Below, piece by piece: positions 28,663 through 37,179 of a stretch of DNA of 64,000 nt. Position numbers and translations under genes: made by a program. The notes beneath the pieces are model-generated. The model was not told the DNA's origin and did no database searches. It saw only the letters and a list, made by a program, of their open reading frames with translations. The first letter of the stretch is position 1; each line of letters opens with the position of its first letter. The DNA lies in assembly GCA_963695555.1 (NCBI GenBank), contig CAVOGR010000001.1, forward strand, positions 1,024,001 through 1,088,000. Reading direction: 5' to 3'. Source of the stretch: an uncultured Gemmatimonadales bacterium (GTDB lineage Bacteria > Gemmatimonadota > Gemmatimonadetes > Gemmatimonadales > GWC2-71-9).

Positions 28663-30611
28663 TCTCGCTGCTCAAGCCCTCGTGTCGCTTCACCACGTTG
28701 GTGGTGGCACCCACCAACCAACTTGCGGTGACCGCGGCCCGGGCCGTGGCGGACTCTCCGGGCCGCATCTATAACCCGCTCTACATTTACGGTGGGCCAG
28801 GACTGGGCAAGACCCACCTGCTGATGGCCATTGGGCACTCGGTGTTGGACATCGACCCCTCGTGCACCGTGGAATACCTGAGCATCGAGGACTTCGCCTC
28901 TGCCTGGCCCACTGCGAGGAATGCCGGCGAAGAGGAAGCCTACCGCCGGCACTATGTCGAGGCCGAGGTGCTGCTGCTGGATGACATTCACCTCCTCGCC
29001 TATCGTCGCGACCTGCAGCTGGAAATTCTCCGGGTTCTCGACAGTGTGCTCGAGCGGAATCACCAGGTCGTCATGGCATCTGATCGGGCGCCGAACCGGA
29101 TCGACGGATTGGACGAGCGTCTGGCACGGCGTTGTGCCGCTGGCTTGGTGACCGATGTAGCTACCCCGGCGCCCGAGACCCGGCTCGAGGTCGTGCGCCG
29201 CAGGGTGCAGGAGCGCGGCGCGGTGTTCCACCCGGACATCCTCGAACTGCTGGCCGGCGCCGGCCAATCGGATCTCCGACAGCTGCTCGCTCTCGTGGAC
29301 AAGTTTCAAGAGGTGCAGCGGCGCACGCATCTGCCGCTCACCGTCGAGGCGGCCCGGGGACTCCTCAACGACATGGGCCTGGCAGAGGCCACCGGTCCAG
29401 CCGGTGACGGTCAAAGTCTTCGGCCTCACGCCGACGAGTTCGGAACCTTTCTTAGCGATGTGACCACCACCGTGGCCGGACAGCTCGAAGCGTGGCGAAG
29501 TCGAGTGGCCGAGGCCATCCTCCGGTGGGAGGGGGAAGGATTCCGCACTCGCCGCCTCGAGGCGTTGCTCCAGGCCGATCTTCCAGCGGATCCCAACGCG
29601 ATTCTCGAATCTTTCACGGCCGATGTGGAACGGCTGCGCGGTCTCGAATCAGAAGCCCAGACCGTATCGCCCGACCTGGTCGGGTCGCCGTTGTTCCGGG
29701 ATCCGGACCAGGTGGCCGCCGCCGCCGCCTTGGTCGAGCATGCGAGGCAAGGCCGGCATCCGCTTCCGGCGCCTTCTCGCATGTGGCGCCTAGAGGACCT
29801 CGTCGAGGCGCCGGGCAATCTGGACGCGCTCAGCTCGGCGTGGCGTGTCATAGACCAACCGGGAACCCGTCACAACCCGCTCGCTGTCGTTGCGCCGAGC
29901 GGGTGTGGGAAGACCCATGTGCTCCATGGCATCGCCAACAAGCTCGCGGAGGCACCCAACGCGACGATCGCATGTCTCACCGCCAGCGACTTCATCGCGG
30001 ACCTCGAGGCGGCGCGCGAGGCCAACCGGCTCTCGGCCTGGCAATCACGGTATCGCGGGGTAACCGGGCTCCTGATCGACGACATCCACCGGTGGGCCGA
30101 CCACCCGCCGCTCGGCGCCGAGCTGGTGGAGCTGCTCGACGCACTGCTCGAGGCCCGCGCCCAACTGGTGGTCAGCTCGGTCGTTCCCCTGCCGCAGTTG
30201 GCGCTGGACCGGGGCATCATGGACCGCCTCCAGGGCGGCCTCGTTGTGGCCCTCGCTCCTCCAGACCGTGACATCCGGTCCCGCGTCGTCGAGCGACTCC
30301 TGGCCGCCAAGCTCAGTCTGGTGGATCCCGAGCTGACATCCTACCTGGCGAATCGACCGGCGGAGTCGGTGCGAAGTCTGCAAGGCCTGGTGCACCGGTT
30401 GCTCAACAACGCCGAGGTCCAAGGGAAAACGCCGACGGTGGCGTTTGCCCGCGAGCTCCTGGAGGGAATGCCGCAGGCGCCGCCCGCCCGCGAGCAGAGA
30501 ACCCGGCTGAGCGGTGTTGTGGTGCCTGTGGCCGGCGGCCTCCGGAGCCGCGAGAAAATGGTCTGGCATTGGCCCGATGCCGGTGACCGGGTAGTGGAGG
30601 AGTGGAGCTGA
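28659..30611 (+). CDS. Protein with two tandem DnaA/Hda-like AAA+ modules and no DNA-binding domain IV
   Basis: NPLYIYGGPGLGKTHL / LLLDDIH and NPLAVVAPSGCGKTHV / LLIDDIH. Confidence 0.85.
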   Translation: MISLLKPSCRFTTLVVAPTNQLAVTAARAVADSPGRIYNPLYIYGGPGLGKTHLLMAIGHSVLDIDPSCTVEYLSIEDFASAWPTARNAGEEEAYRRHYVEAEVLLLDDIHLLAYRRDLQLEILRVLDSVLERNHQVVMASDRAPNRIDGLDERLARRCAAGLVTDVATPAPETRLEVVRRRVQERGAVFHPDILELLAGAGQSDLRQLLALVDKFQEVQRRTHLPLTVEAARGLLNDMGLAEATGPAGDGQSLRPHADEFGTFLSDVTTTVAGQLEAWRSRVAEAILRWEGEGFRTRRLEALLQADLPADPNAILESFTADVERLRGLESEAQTVSPDLVGSPLFRDPDQVAAAAALVEHARQGRHPLPAPSRMWRLEDLVEAPGNLDALSSAWRVIDQPGTRHNPLAVVAPSGCGKTHVLHGIANKLAEAPNATIACLTASDFIADLEAAREANRLSAWQSRYRGVTGLLIDDIHRWADHPPLGAELVELLDALLEARAQLVVSSVVPLPQLALDRGIMDRLQGGLVVALAPPDRDIRSRVVERLLAAKLSLVDPELTSYLANRPAESVRSLQGLVHRLLNNAEVQGKTPTVAFARELLEGMPQAPPAREQRTRLSGVVVPVAGGLRSREKMVWHWPDAGDRVVEEWS

Positions 30612-32230
30612 TGGCCATCAAGGGCAGCCTCAAAGAGGCCAGTCTTCCCGATGTGATTCAGCTTCTGGCCATGGGCCAGAAGACGGGCTGCTTGGCCGTC
30701 GCCCACCGCCACAATTTCGGCTACGTCTACTTCCGAAACGGCCGCATCATCTACGCCTCCATTGTCAACCGGCGCGATCGGCTCGGCGATATCCTGGTGA
30801 ACAGCGGTCGAATCTCCCCCGAGCAATTGGCGCAAGCCATCGACCTGCAAGGCACATTCGATGACAAGAAGCTCGGCCAGATATTGGTCGATACCGGAGC
30901 GATTTCGCGCGAGGAATTGGTGCAGTACGTGGCCTTACAAATCGAGGAGGCCGTCTATTTCCTCTTCACGTGGAACTCGGGAACATTCAATTTCGAAGTC
31001 GATGTGCAGCCTGCAAGTCAGGATGTGCTCGTCTCCATCGCCCCGGAAACATTGCTGCTCGAGGGCGCCAGGCGGGTCGACGAGTGGAGTCTCATCCAAC
31101 ACAAGATCCCGAGCTTCGATCTCATCTTCGAAGTCCGCGAGAGCCGGATCGCCGCGTCGACAGCCACGCTCTCTCCAGAACAAGAGCGGTTGCTCCCCCT
31201 TCTCGACGGACAGCGCGACGTCAGCCAATTGATCGACGCGGCCGGCATGGGTGAATTCGAGGTGGGCAAGGCACTCTTCGGGCTGATCACGGCCGGCTTC
31301 GTTCACCGTGTCGGCACGTCGGCCACGAGTGAAGTCAGCCGGGCCAACGAGGGGCGGATCGAGGAGCACCGCAATCTCGGAATCGCCTTCTACCGGGCCA
31401 GCATGTTGGAGGAGGCCGAGAGGGAATTCCGGCGCGTGGCGGAACTGCGCCCCGCCGATGGGAACGCACCTTTTCATCTCGGACTCATTGCTGTCAAGCA
31501 CGGACGGTGGGAGGAAGCGATCGCGATGTTCCAACGTGCGGTGGAGAAGGGAGGACCGCGTGCGAGTGCGCTCCACAACTTGGCATTCGCCATGGAGCGA
31601 CTCGGGCGGCTGACCGAAGCCGAAGCCACCTATGCGGCGGCCGTCGACAGGGCGCGGGACAATCCGCGCATCATGCTGGGGTGGGGGATCTCGGCACTGC
31701 TGCGCGAAGACCACGCGCTGGCGTCCGCGCGCCTGATCCGGGCGCGGGAACTCATGGGCGAGGCGGATCCGCCCGCTACCTGGTACTGGGCGGCGACACT
31801 GGCGCATGCCGGGTCCGGCAACCAGGCCGCGGCATTGGAGGTGGCTCAGGCAGGAGTGGCGTCCTATCCGGCGAGCGCCGTGTTGAACAACAATCTCGCG
31901 GTGCTCTTGGAGTTGAACGGGGACATCGCCGGCGCCGAGACGCAGCTCGACCGCGCGTTTACCGAGGAGCCCACGCTGCCGCAGATCTCGAAGAACATGG
32001 CGGATTTGTTGTATCGGGCCGGCAAATACGACGAGGCCGGTGCGGCCTACGAGCGAGTCATCAAACTGAATCCCGATCTGGGTGACGATCTCTATTTCAA
32101 ATTGGGGAACATTTCGTTCAAGCGACGGGACTTCGCGCAGGCCAAGGCCTATTGGCAGCGGGCTACCGAACTCAATGCTGGGCACGAACTCGCGCGGTCG
32201 AATCTCGAAATGCTGGCATCGGTATCGTGA
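30611..32230 (+). CDS. DUF4388 protein with tandem MshEN-like motifs and TPRs
   Basis: MAIKGSLKEASLPDVIQLL; RLGDILVNSG...; LLLEGARRVDEW; C-terminal TPRs. Confidence 0.82.
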   Translation: MAIKGSLKEASLPDVIQLLAMGQKTGCLAVAHRHNFGYVYFRNGRIIYASIVNRRDRLGDILVNSGRISPEQLAQAIDLQGTFDDKKLGQILVDTGAISREELVQYVALQIEEAVYFLFTWNSGTFNFEVDVQPASQDVLVSIAPETLLLEGARRVDEWSLIQHKIPSFDLIFEVRESRIAASTATLSPEQERLLPLLDGQRDVSQLIDAAGMGEFEVGKALFGLITAGFVHRVGTSATSEVSRANEGRIEEHRNLGIAFYRASMLEEAEREFRRVAELRPADGNAPFHLGLIAVKHGRWEEAIAMFQRAVEKGGPRASALHNLAFAMERLGRLTEAEATYAAAVDRARDNPRIMLGWGISALLREDHALASARLIRARELMGEADPPATWYWAATLAHAGSGNQAAALEVAQAGVASYPASAVLNNNLAVLLELNGDIAGAETQLDRAFTEEPTLPQISKNMADLLYRAGKYDEAGAAYERVIKLNPDLGDDLYFKLGNISFKRRDFAQAKAYWQRATELNAGHELARSNLEMLASVS

Positions 32231-32243
32231 TCCGCGACGACGC

Positions 32244-32735
32244 ATGACGGATCCACACGAGGTCCTCGTCGACATCGCCGAGTATCGGGTGGGGGCCGGT
32301 GTCGACATCCTCGTTGCATTGGGACTCAGCAGCTGCGTGGCCGTGGCGGTGCACGATCCCGTGACCAACATTGGAGGTCTCGCTCACATTCTTCTTCCGT
32401 CGCCGTCGCTCACGGGGGAGCGTGGCAAGCCCGGCAAATTCCCCCAAACCGCCATCCCCCTCCTCGTCGAGGGCATGGTTGAGGCCGGGGCCGGACGGCG
32501 GCGGCTCCACGCGCGGCTGATCGGCGGGGCAAGCATGTTTGGTGCCTTGCAGCAGGGTCGGACCATGCCAATGGGAGAGCGCAATCTGGCCGCGGCGCGG
32601 GCCGTATTGCGGGCGGAGCGAATTCCGGTGAGTGGTGAGGCAACGGGCGGCGACTTCGGCCGGTCGCTTCGTTTTTCGGTCGATGGCGGCCGCATCGAGA
32701 TCCGCGCCGTGGGTCGCGATCTCACTGCCCTGTGA
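32244..32735 (+). CDS. cheD: Chemoreceptor glutamine deamidase CheD
   Basis: LGLSSCVAV, GGLAHILLP, ARLIGGASMF, GERN, TGGDFGRS. Confidence 0.9.
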   Translation: MTDPHEVLVDIAEYRVGAGVDILVALGLSSCVAVAVHDPVTNIGGLAHILLPSPSLTGERGKPGKFPQTAIPLLVEGMVEAGAGRRRLHARLIGGASMFGALQQGRTMPMGERNLAAARAVLRAERIPVSGEATGGDFGRSLRFSVDGGRIEIRAVGRDLTAL

Positions 32736-32909
32736 CGTGACATTGACTCTCGTAGCGGACGATGTCGCGCCGAGCTGGACCAGTGAGGGTTCATCGCCCG
32801 GCGGATGCCTCACGCCGCGCGCATGCGGTCGACGACGGCTCGAAGCAGGGGAAACGAATACTCGCGTGTCGGCAATCCACCGACAGTTCGAACAGCACGG
32901 AGTAAGCCG

Positions 32910-33782
32910 ATGACGGAAGAGTGGCTGGCGCAGTTGCGGACCCAGGGAGCCGAGATCGCCGCGCGGTTGGAGCAGGCGAGCTCACCCGGGGAACGGGAGG
33001 CGCTCAAGCGCGACATCATTGCGTATTTCAAGCTGGTCGATGGGGCGCTCCTCGAGTTGACCGATGTCAAGGAGTCGATCCGTGGGCTGGTGGAGCGGTA
33101 CAAACAGGTGGCAGGCACGCCGGACCCTCGGCAGAGCCCGCACTTCTCCGGAGACCGGCCGGCAATTCGGGCTGATCACTTGGGCGCGTCCACCTACATC
33201 GACAAGGGATGGAACCTCATTGCCTTGGGCGACCACGAAGGTGCCATTCAGGCACTGACGAAGGCGCTCAGTCTCTCGCCCGAAGACTCGCAGGCACGCT
33301 CGCTGCTCGGCTGGGCGCAGATGCTCAGCGAGACCTACGACGACGCGCTCGCCACCTTCTCCAAGGTGTTGTCGAAGGAGCCCGCAAATTCGTTGGCTCG
33401 CATCAATGTGGGCTACGTCTGCCTCAAGAAGGGAATTTTTGGCGAAGCCATCGAGCATTTGTCCAAAGCCATCCGCCTGGACAACGATCGCAAGGCGACG
33501 CTCTACGCGCACTATTACCTTGGGTTGGTATACTTAGACCGCGAAATGTACGAGGACGCCGTCACCTTCTTTCGCAAGACCATCGATCTCGGGCCAAACT
33601 TGATCGAGGCCCACTACGAGCTCGGACGGGCACTTTGGTTTTCGGACGACCAGGAAGCCGCCGTCGCTGCGTGGGAAACGGGCGTCGCCACCAACCGGTT
33701 CAATCCATGGGGGAAGCGGTGTCAGGACATGCTCGATCTCGTCCGAGCGGGAGGTGATGTCCCTCGCACGCCTTCCTCCTAG
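32910..33782 (+). CDS. Coiled-coil plus TPR protein
   Basis: N-terminal heptad helix followed by about 5 TPR units; SD GGAG upstream. Confidence 0.85.
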   Translation: MTEEWLAQLRTQGAEIAARLEQASSPGEREALKRDIIAYFKLVDGALLELTDVKESIRGLVERYKQVAGTPDPRQSPHFSGDRPAIRADHLGASTYIDKGWNLIALGDHEGAIQALTKALSLSPEDSQARSLLGWAQMLSETYDDALATFSKVLSKEPANSLARINVGYVCLKKGIFGEAIEHLSKAIRLDNDRKATLYAHYYLGLVYLDREMYEDAVTFFRKTIDLGPNLIEAHYELGRALWFSDDQEAAVAAWETGVATNRFNPWGKRCQDMLDLVRAGGDVPRTPSS

Positions 33783-33850
33783 CTCTCGCCCTCGCCGCCG
33801 CGGTCCATCAACAACAGCCGAGCGCCGTCCAGGTCGGGCAGGTCACGGCG

Positions 33851-34648
33851 GTGGCTTGGCCCGAGGAGATGGATCTCGCCCTCGCGCTCGCCGAGGTCGC
33901 GAGCCGGCCGGTGGTATGGCCGGGCCTCGGACGGCAATCACCCGGGCCGCTCCGGCTCATCGTCCTCGCGCCCGGTCGCGATCTCGACTCGTTGTCGCGC
34001 CGCCGGCTTCCCCGCTGGACGGCTGGGCTCGCGTATCCCGCCGCGCGAACGATCATGGTGCGGTCGCGGGGCTCGAGTGCATTCACCGTCCTGCGCCACG
34101 AACTCGCCCACCTCGCCCTCCACGACGCGGTGCGTTCCCGGCTTCCACTGTGGTTTGACGAAGGGTACGCGTCCTGGGCGGCTGGGGAGTTCGACCGGCT
34201 GCAACAGCTGAACGTGAATCTGGCGGTGCTCCGGGGGCGCATTCCCGATTTCGATCAGCTGGATCGAGCCTTGCGCGGACCCCCGACGACTGCGGAGGCA
34301 GCCTACGCGCTCGCGGCGACGGCTGTGATCGATCTGGCCCAGCGAACCCGCGGTGGGCAGCTTGCGCCCCTGTTCCAGGAGCTCCAGGGCGGCGTGGGTT
34401 TCGATAGCGCGGTTCGGAGCACGGTTGGGCTCACGGTGGATCAGTTCGAGGTGCGGTGGAGCCAAGCGATCCGGCGGCGCTACAATCTGCTTACCTGGCT
34501 CGCGGCCGGCGGGCTTTGGACCCTGTTGGGCGGGCTGGTCCTGGTGGCGCATTTCCTCCGCCGCCGCCGTGACCTCCCGCGCCGCCAGGCCTTGGACGAC
34601 GGGTGGGTCATTCCGGAACCGGAAGAGGAGGAATCCGCGGCGTTCTAG
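33851..34648 (+). CDS. Peptidase MA-like (gluzincin) protein with C-terminal TM helix; true start probably about 33764
   Basis: HELAH followed by PLWFDEGYA; hydrophobic C-terminal segment followed by RRRR. Confidence 0.7.
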   Translation: MAWPEEMDLALALAEVASRPVVWPGLGRQSPGPLRLIVLAPGRDLDSLSRRRLPRWTAGLAYPAARTIMVRSRGSSAFTVLRHELAHLALHDAVRSRLPLWFDEGYASWAAGEFDRLQQLNVNLAVLRGRIPDFDQLDRALRGPPTTAEAAYALAATAVIDLAQRTRGGQLAPLFQELQGGVGFDSAVRSTVGLTVDQFEVRWSQAIRRRYNLLTWLAAGGLWTLLGGLVLVAHFLRRRRDLPRRQALDDGWVIPEPEEEESAAF

Positions 34649-34850
34649 CCCGGATCGAAGCACCTCCTGTCCATGATAGGTGACATCGCGATTGAGAGCC
34701 GCCCTGAGATTGCCGCTCAAGTCGAGGGGTGACAAGCGGATGTGCCTCTCTTCCCGGCTGGCACGTCCGTTGCCTTTGAGGGGTGTGAGATGGTTGGGCC
34801 TCGCGGAATGGTGGGATCGGGAACGCGGCCGGCGGGAGGCTGTCGCCTGG

Positions 34851-34879
34851 TTGACCGATCCCGACCAGGGGGGTATCGT
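34851..34879 (+). promoter_or_regulatory. Candidate sigma70 promoter for the small ORF and tRNA-Val
   Basis: TTGACC-17 nt-TATCGT; ATG 8 nt downstream. Confidence 0.55.
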
Positions 34880-34887
34880 CAACGATT

Positions 34888-35079
34888 ATGCCCACTTCGC
34901 AACCGCCCGCCACCCGTGAGCGCGGCCCTCTCGCGCGCCGGAACGTTTTCCTCCTCGGCGCGGCACTGCTATCATTAGGGGTTGGGTACGGACTCCTGGT
35001 GTCAGGAGAGGCAAGCGCGGCGGCGGTGTTCCTGGTGCTCGGGTATTGCGTGCTCTTTCCCTTGGGCATTGCGCTCTAG
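34888..35079 (+). CDS. Small two-TM membrane protein, DUF3098-like
   Basis: 63 aa: RNVFLLG...GYGLL...A.VFLVLGY.V.FP.GI pattern. Confidence 0.6.
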   Translation: MPTSQPPATRERGPLARRNVFLLGAALLSLGVGYGLLVSGEASAAAVFLVLGYCVLFPLGIAL

Positions 35080-35112
35080 GGCGTATTCGTCGGGCGCCAA
35101 AGCTGGGTTGTT

Positions 35113-35187
35113 GGGCGAATAGCTCAGCTGGTTCAGAGCGCCTGCTTTACACGCAGGAAGTCGGGGGTTCGAATCCCTCTTCGCCCA
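35113..35187 (+). tRNA. tRNA-Val(TAC)
   Basis: Acceptor GGGCGAA/TTCGCCC, anticodon arm CCTGC-TTTACAC-GCAGG, T-loop GTTCGAATC; CCA not encoded. Confidence 0.97.
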
Positions 35188-35266
35188 TTAGGCTGCTACC
35201 GCTCTCCCTCGGGCGAGCATACTCTAGGGCCGGTGGCCCGCGTTTCTTGCTGGAGGCCAATTGGCT

Positions 35267-36976
35267 ATGCACGTGATCCGCTCACTCGTCTTGGCCGCAC
35301 TCGCCGGTGCGGTGGCGACTCCCGCCGTCGGCCAAATTCCGGCCGGGGCCGGTCGTGCGTCGCCCTCCCAGGCGGCTCCGAAACTCCTAGTGGCGAATCC
35401 GTACGTCTTCACTTCCGAAGACTCGGCCTCCGCGGTTGAAGCCGGCACCGGGCTCCGGGAACGGCTGGACCGGGTGGTCGGCAACAAGTTCCGTATCGTG
35501 GGCCGGGACCAGATGAATGAGGCGCTCGCTACGTGGGGCTACCCAGCGGACGCGATTCTCGCCGCGCCGGTCGCCCGGCGGTTTGCGAACGAGTTGCGCG
35601 CCTGGACCTTCATAAGCTCCGCCATGGCGCACCGAGGCGGGGGCGACTACTCGCTGACGGCACGTTTGGCCGGTGTCAACGACAAGGCGGGCCTGGTGGT
35701 GTCGGTCTCGCGCGAACCCGGGCAGACCTTCAAGGCCATGGGTGAAGCGACGGCTGAACTCCTGCGCGAGGGGATTCGGGCGTACGAGGATGCCAAGGAC
35801 TGCATCGACCAGATGGCCGACAAGCCGGACAAAGCCGCGGCCTCGGCCGAAAAGGCTATTCGGCGCGTGCCGAACCACGGCCTTGCCAATTATTGTCTGG
35901 CTCAGATCTCCATCGCCAAGAAGGAGAGCGCCAGCACCACGATTGCCCTGCTTGACAAGGCGGTTGAAGGGGATCCGCAGAGCCTGCCGGCGTGGACCGA
36001 CCTGGCCACCCAGTACGAAGCCTCGGGTGACAGCGCCAAAGTCATCGACGCCTTCCAGCAAATGCTCCTGATCGCGCCGACCAACCAGCAGCTCCGGGAA
36101 ACCGCGATTCGCCTGTTCAATCAGTACGGTCAACCTGGCGCGGCGGTAGACATCGCCAAGAACGGTCTGGAACTCGATCCGACCAATGCCGATCTCTGGG
36201 ACCTCCTGAGCAATGCCTACGCCGTGTCCGGCAACTTCGGCGGCGCGATCGACGCGCTCGAGCAAGTCTACCAGAACGACTCGACCAAGGCCGATTCCCT
36301 GTACTTCCTCAAGGTCATGGTGTTCGCCGACGAGCAGCCGGATACGGCGCGGCTGCTCAAGTGGGCCCGGATTGGAGTCGACAAGTATCCCACGAACGTC
36401 AATCTGTTGGGCTTCTTGGCCAAGAGCTACGGTCTGGTCGGAGAACTCGACAGCGCGCTCGCCGTCACCTCCCGCCTGCTCGAGATCGACTCCACCAGCG
36501 TTCCGACGGCATTGACCGTAATGAAGACCTTTGCCGACGCGCGCCGCGCGCCCGAGGCGATGCCGCTGATCGACTTCGTACTGGGTAGTGAGGACGAGCA
36601 GGCGAAACAGAGTGCCGCTGTCATTCTGACGAACGGCGCCTTGCCACTCCTGCGGGAGCCGCAGGACCTGGAGGGGGCAGCGGCGATCACTCGGAAGGCC
36701 ATTGCGCTCATAGGGTCTTCCAATACCCAGCTCGTCACGACCGCCAACTACGTGCTCGGTATCGCGACCTTCCTGCAGGTGCCGAAGCTCGACCCGCAGG
36801 CGGAGCAAGAAAAGTCGTGCGACATCGCCCGGCAGATGGATGCCTTGATGAAGGAGTCCGAGGTGGCCCTCTCACTGGGCCGAGAGACCAACCCGGAGCA
36901 GACGGGCGTCTACGATGGATACCTACGCCAGTACAAGCCGCGGGTGAGGTCCATGATCACGGCCTACTGCCGTTGA
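35267..36976 (+). CDS. Secreted/periplasmic TPR-containing protein
   Basis: Signal peptide (SLVLAALAGAVATPAVG), TPR-like helical repeats; SD GGAGG; alternative TTG start at 35261. Confidence 0.8.
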   Translation: MHVIRSLVLAALAGAVATPAVGQIPAGAGRASPSQAAPKLLVANPYVFTSEDSASAVEAGTGLRERLDRVVGNKFRIVGRDQMNEALATWGYPADAILAAPVARRFANELRAWTFISSAMAHRGGGDYSLTARLAGVNDKAGLVVSVSREPGQTFKAMGEATAELLREGIRAYEDAKDCIDQMADKPDKAAASAEKAIRRVPNHGLANYCLAQISIAKKESASTTIALLDKAVEGDPQSLPAWTDLATQYEASGDSAKVIDAFQQMLLIAPTNQQLRETAIRLFNQYGQPGAAVDIAKNGLELDPTNADLWDLLSNAYAVSGNFGGAIDALEQVYQNDSTKADSLYFLKVMVFADEQPDTARLLKWARIGVDKYPTNVNLLGFLAKSYGLVGELDSALAVTSRLLEIDSTSVPTALTVMKTFADARRAPEAMPLIDFVLGSEDEQAKQSAAVILTNGALPLLREPQDLEGAAAITRKAIALIGSSNTQLVTTANYVLGIATFLQVPKLDPQAEQEKSCDIARQMDALMKESEVALSLGRETNPEQTGVYDGYLRQYKPRVRSMITAYCR

Positions 36977-37026
36977 GGGCCTTCCTCAGGAGGAAGCCGC
37001 TCTCTATATTGCGGTGCTCGAAACCG

Positions 37027-37101
37027 GGGGCTGTAGCTCAGTTTGGTTAGAGTGCCGCACTGTCACTGCGGAAGTCGCGGGTTCGAGTCCCGTCAGCCCC
37101 G
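37027..37101 (+). tRNA. tRNA-Asp(GTC)
   Basis: Acceptor GGGGCTG/CAGCCCC, anticodon arm CCGCA-CTGTCAC-TGCGG, T-loop GTTCGAGTC; CCA not encoded. Confidence 0.97.
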
Positions 37102-37115
37102 CTCCCGACATTCCA

Positions 37116-37152
37116 ACGACACCCCGTTCCCCACTGGCGAGCGGGGTGTCGT
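37116..37152 (+). terminator. Hairpin after tRNA-Asp (terminator-like)
   Basis: Perfect 11-bp inverted repeat ACGACACCCCG / CGGGGTGTCGT; no U-tract. Confidence 0.5.
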
Positions 37153-37179
37153 CGTAATCAACCTCGTGCCCGGCGTCTC

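Noticed and set aside
28659..30611. Calling this gene dnaA and the region oriC
   Set aside because: No domain IV, duplicated ATPase, no dnaN, and no DnaA-box cluster or AT-rich unwinding element noticed.
34649..34850. Possible ncRNA or small ORF in the 200-nt intergenic gap
   Set aside because: No recognisable RNA family motif; the ORFs there look non-coding.
35113..37152. tRNA-anchored genomic island between tRNA-Val and tRNA-Asp
   Set aside because: No integrase, no duplicated tRNA 3' end and no evident composition shift.
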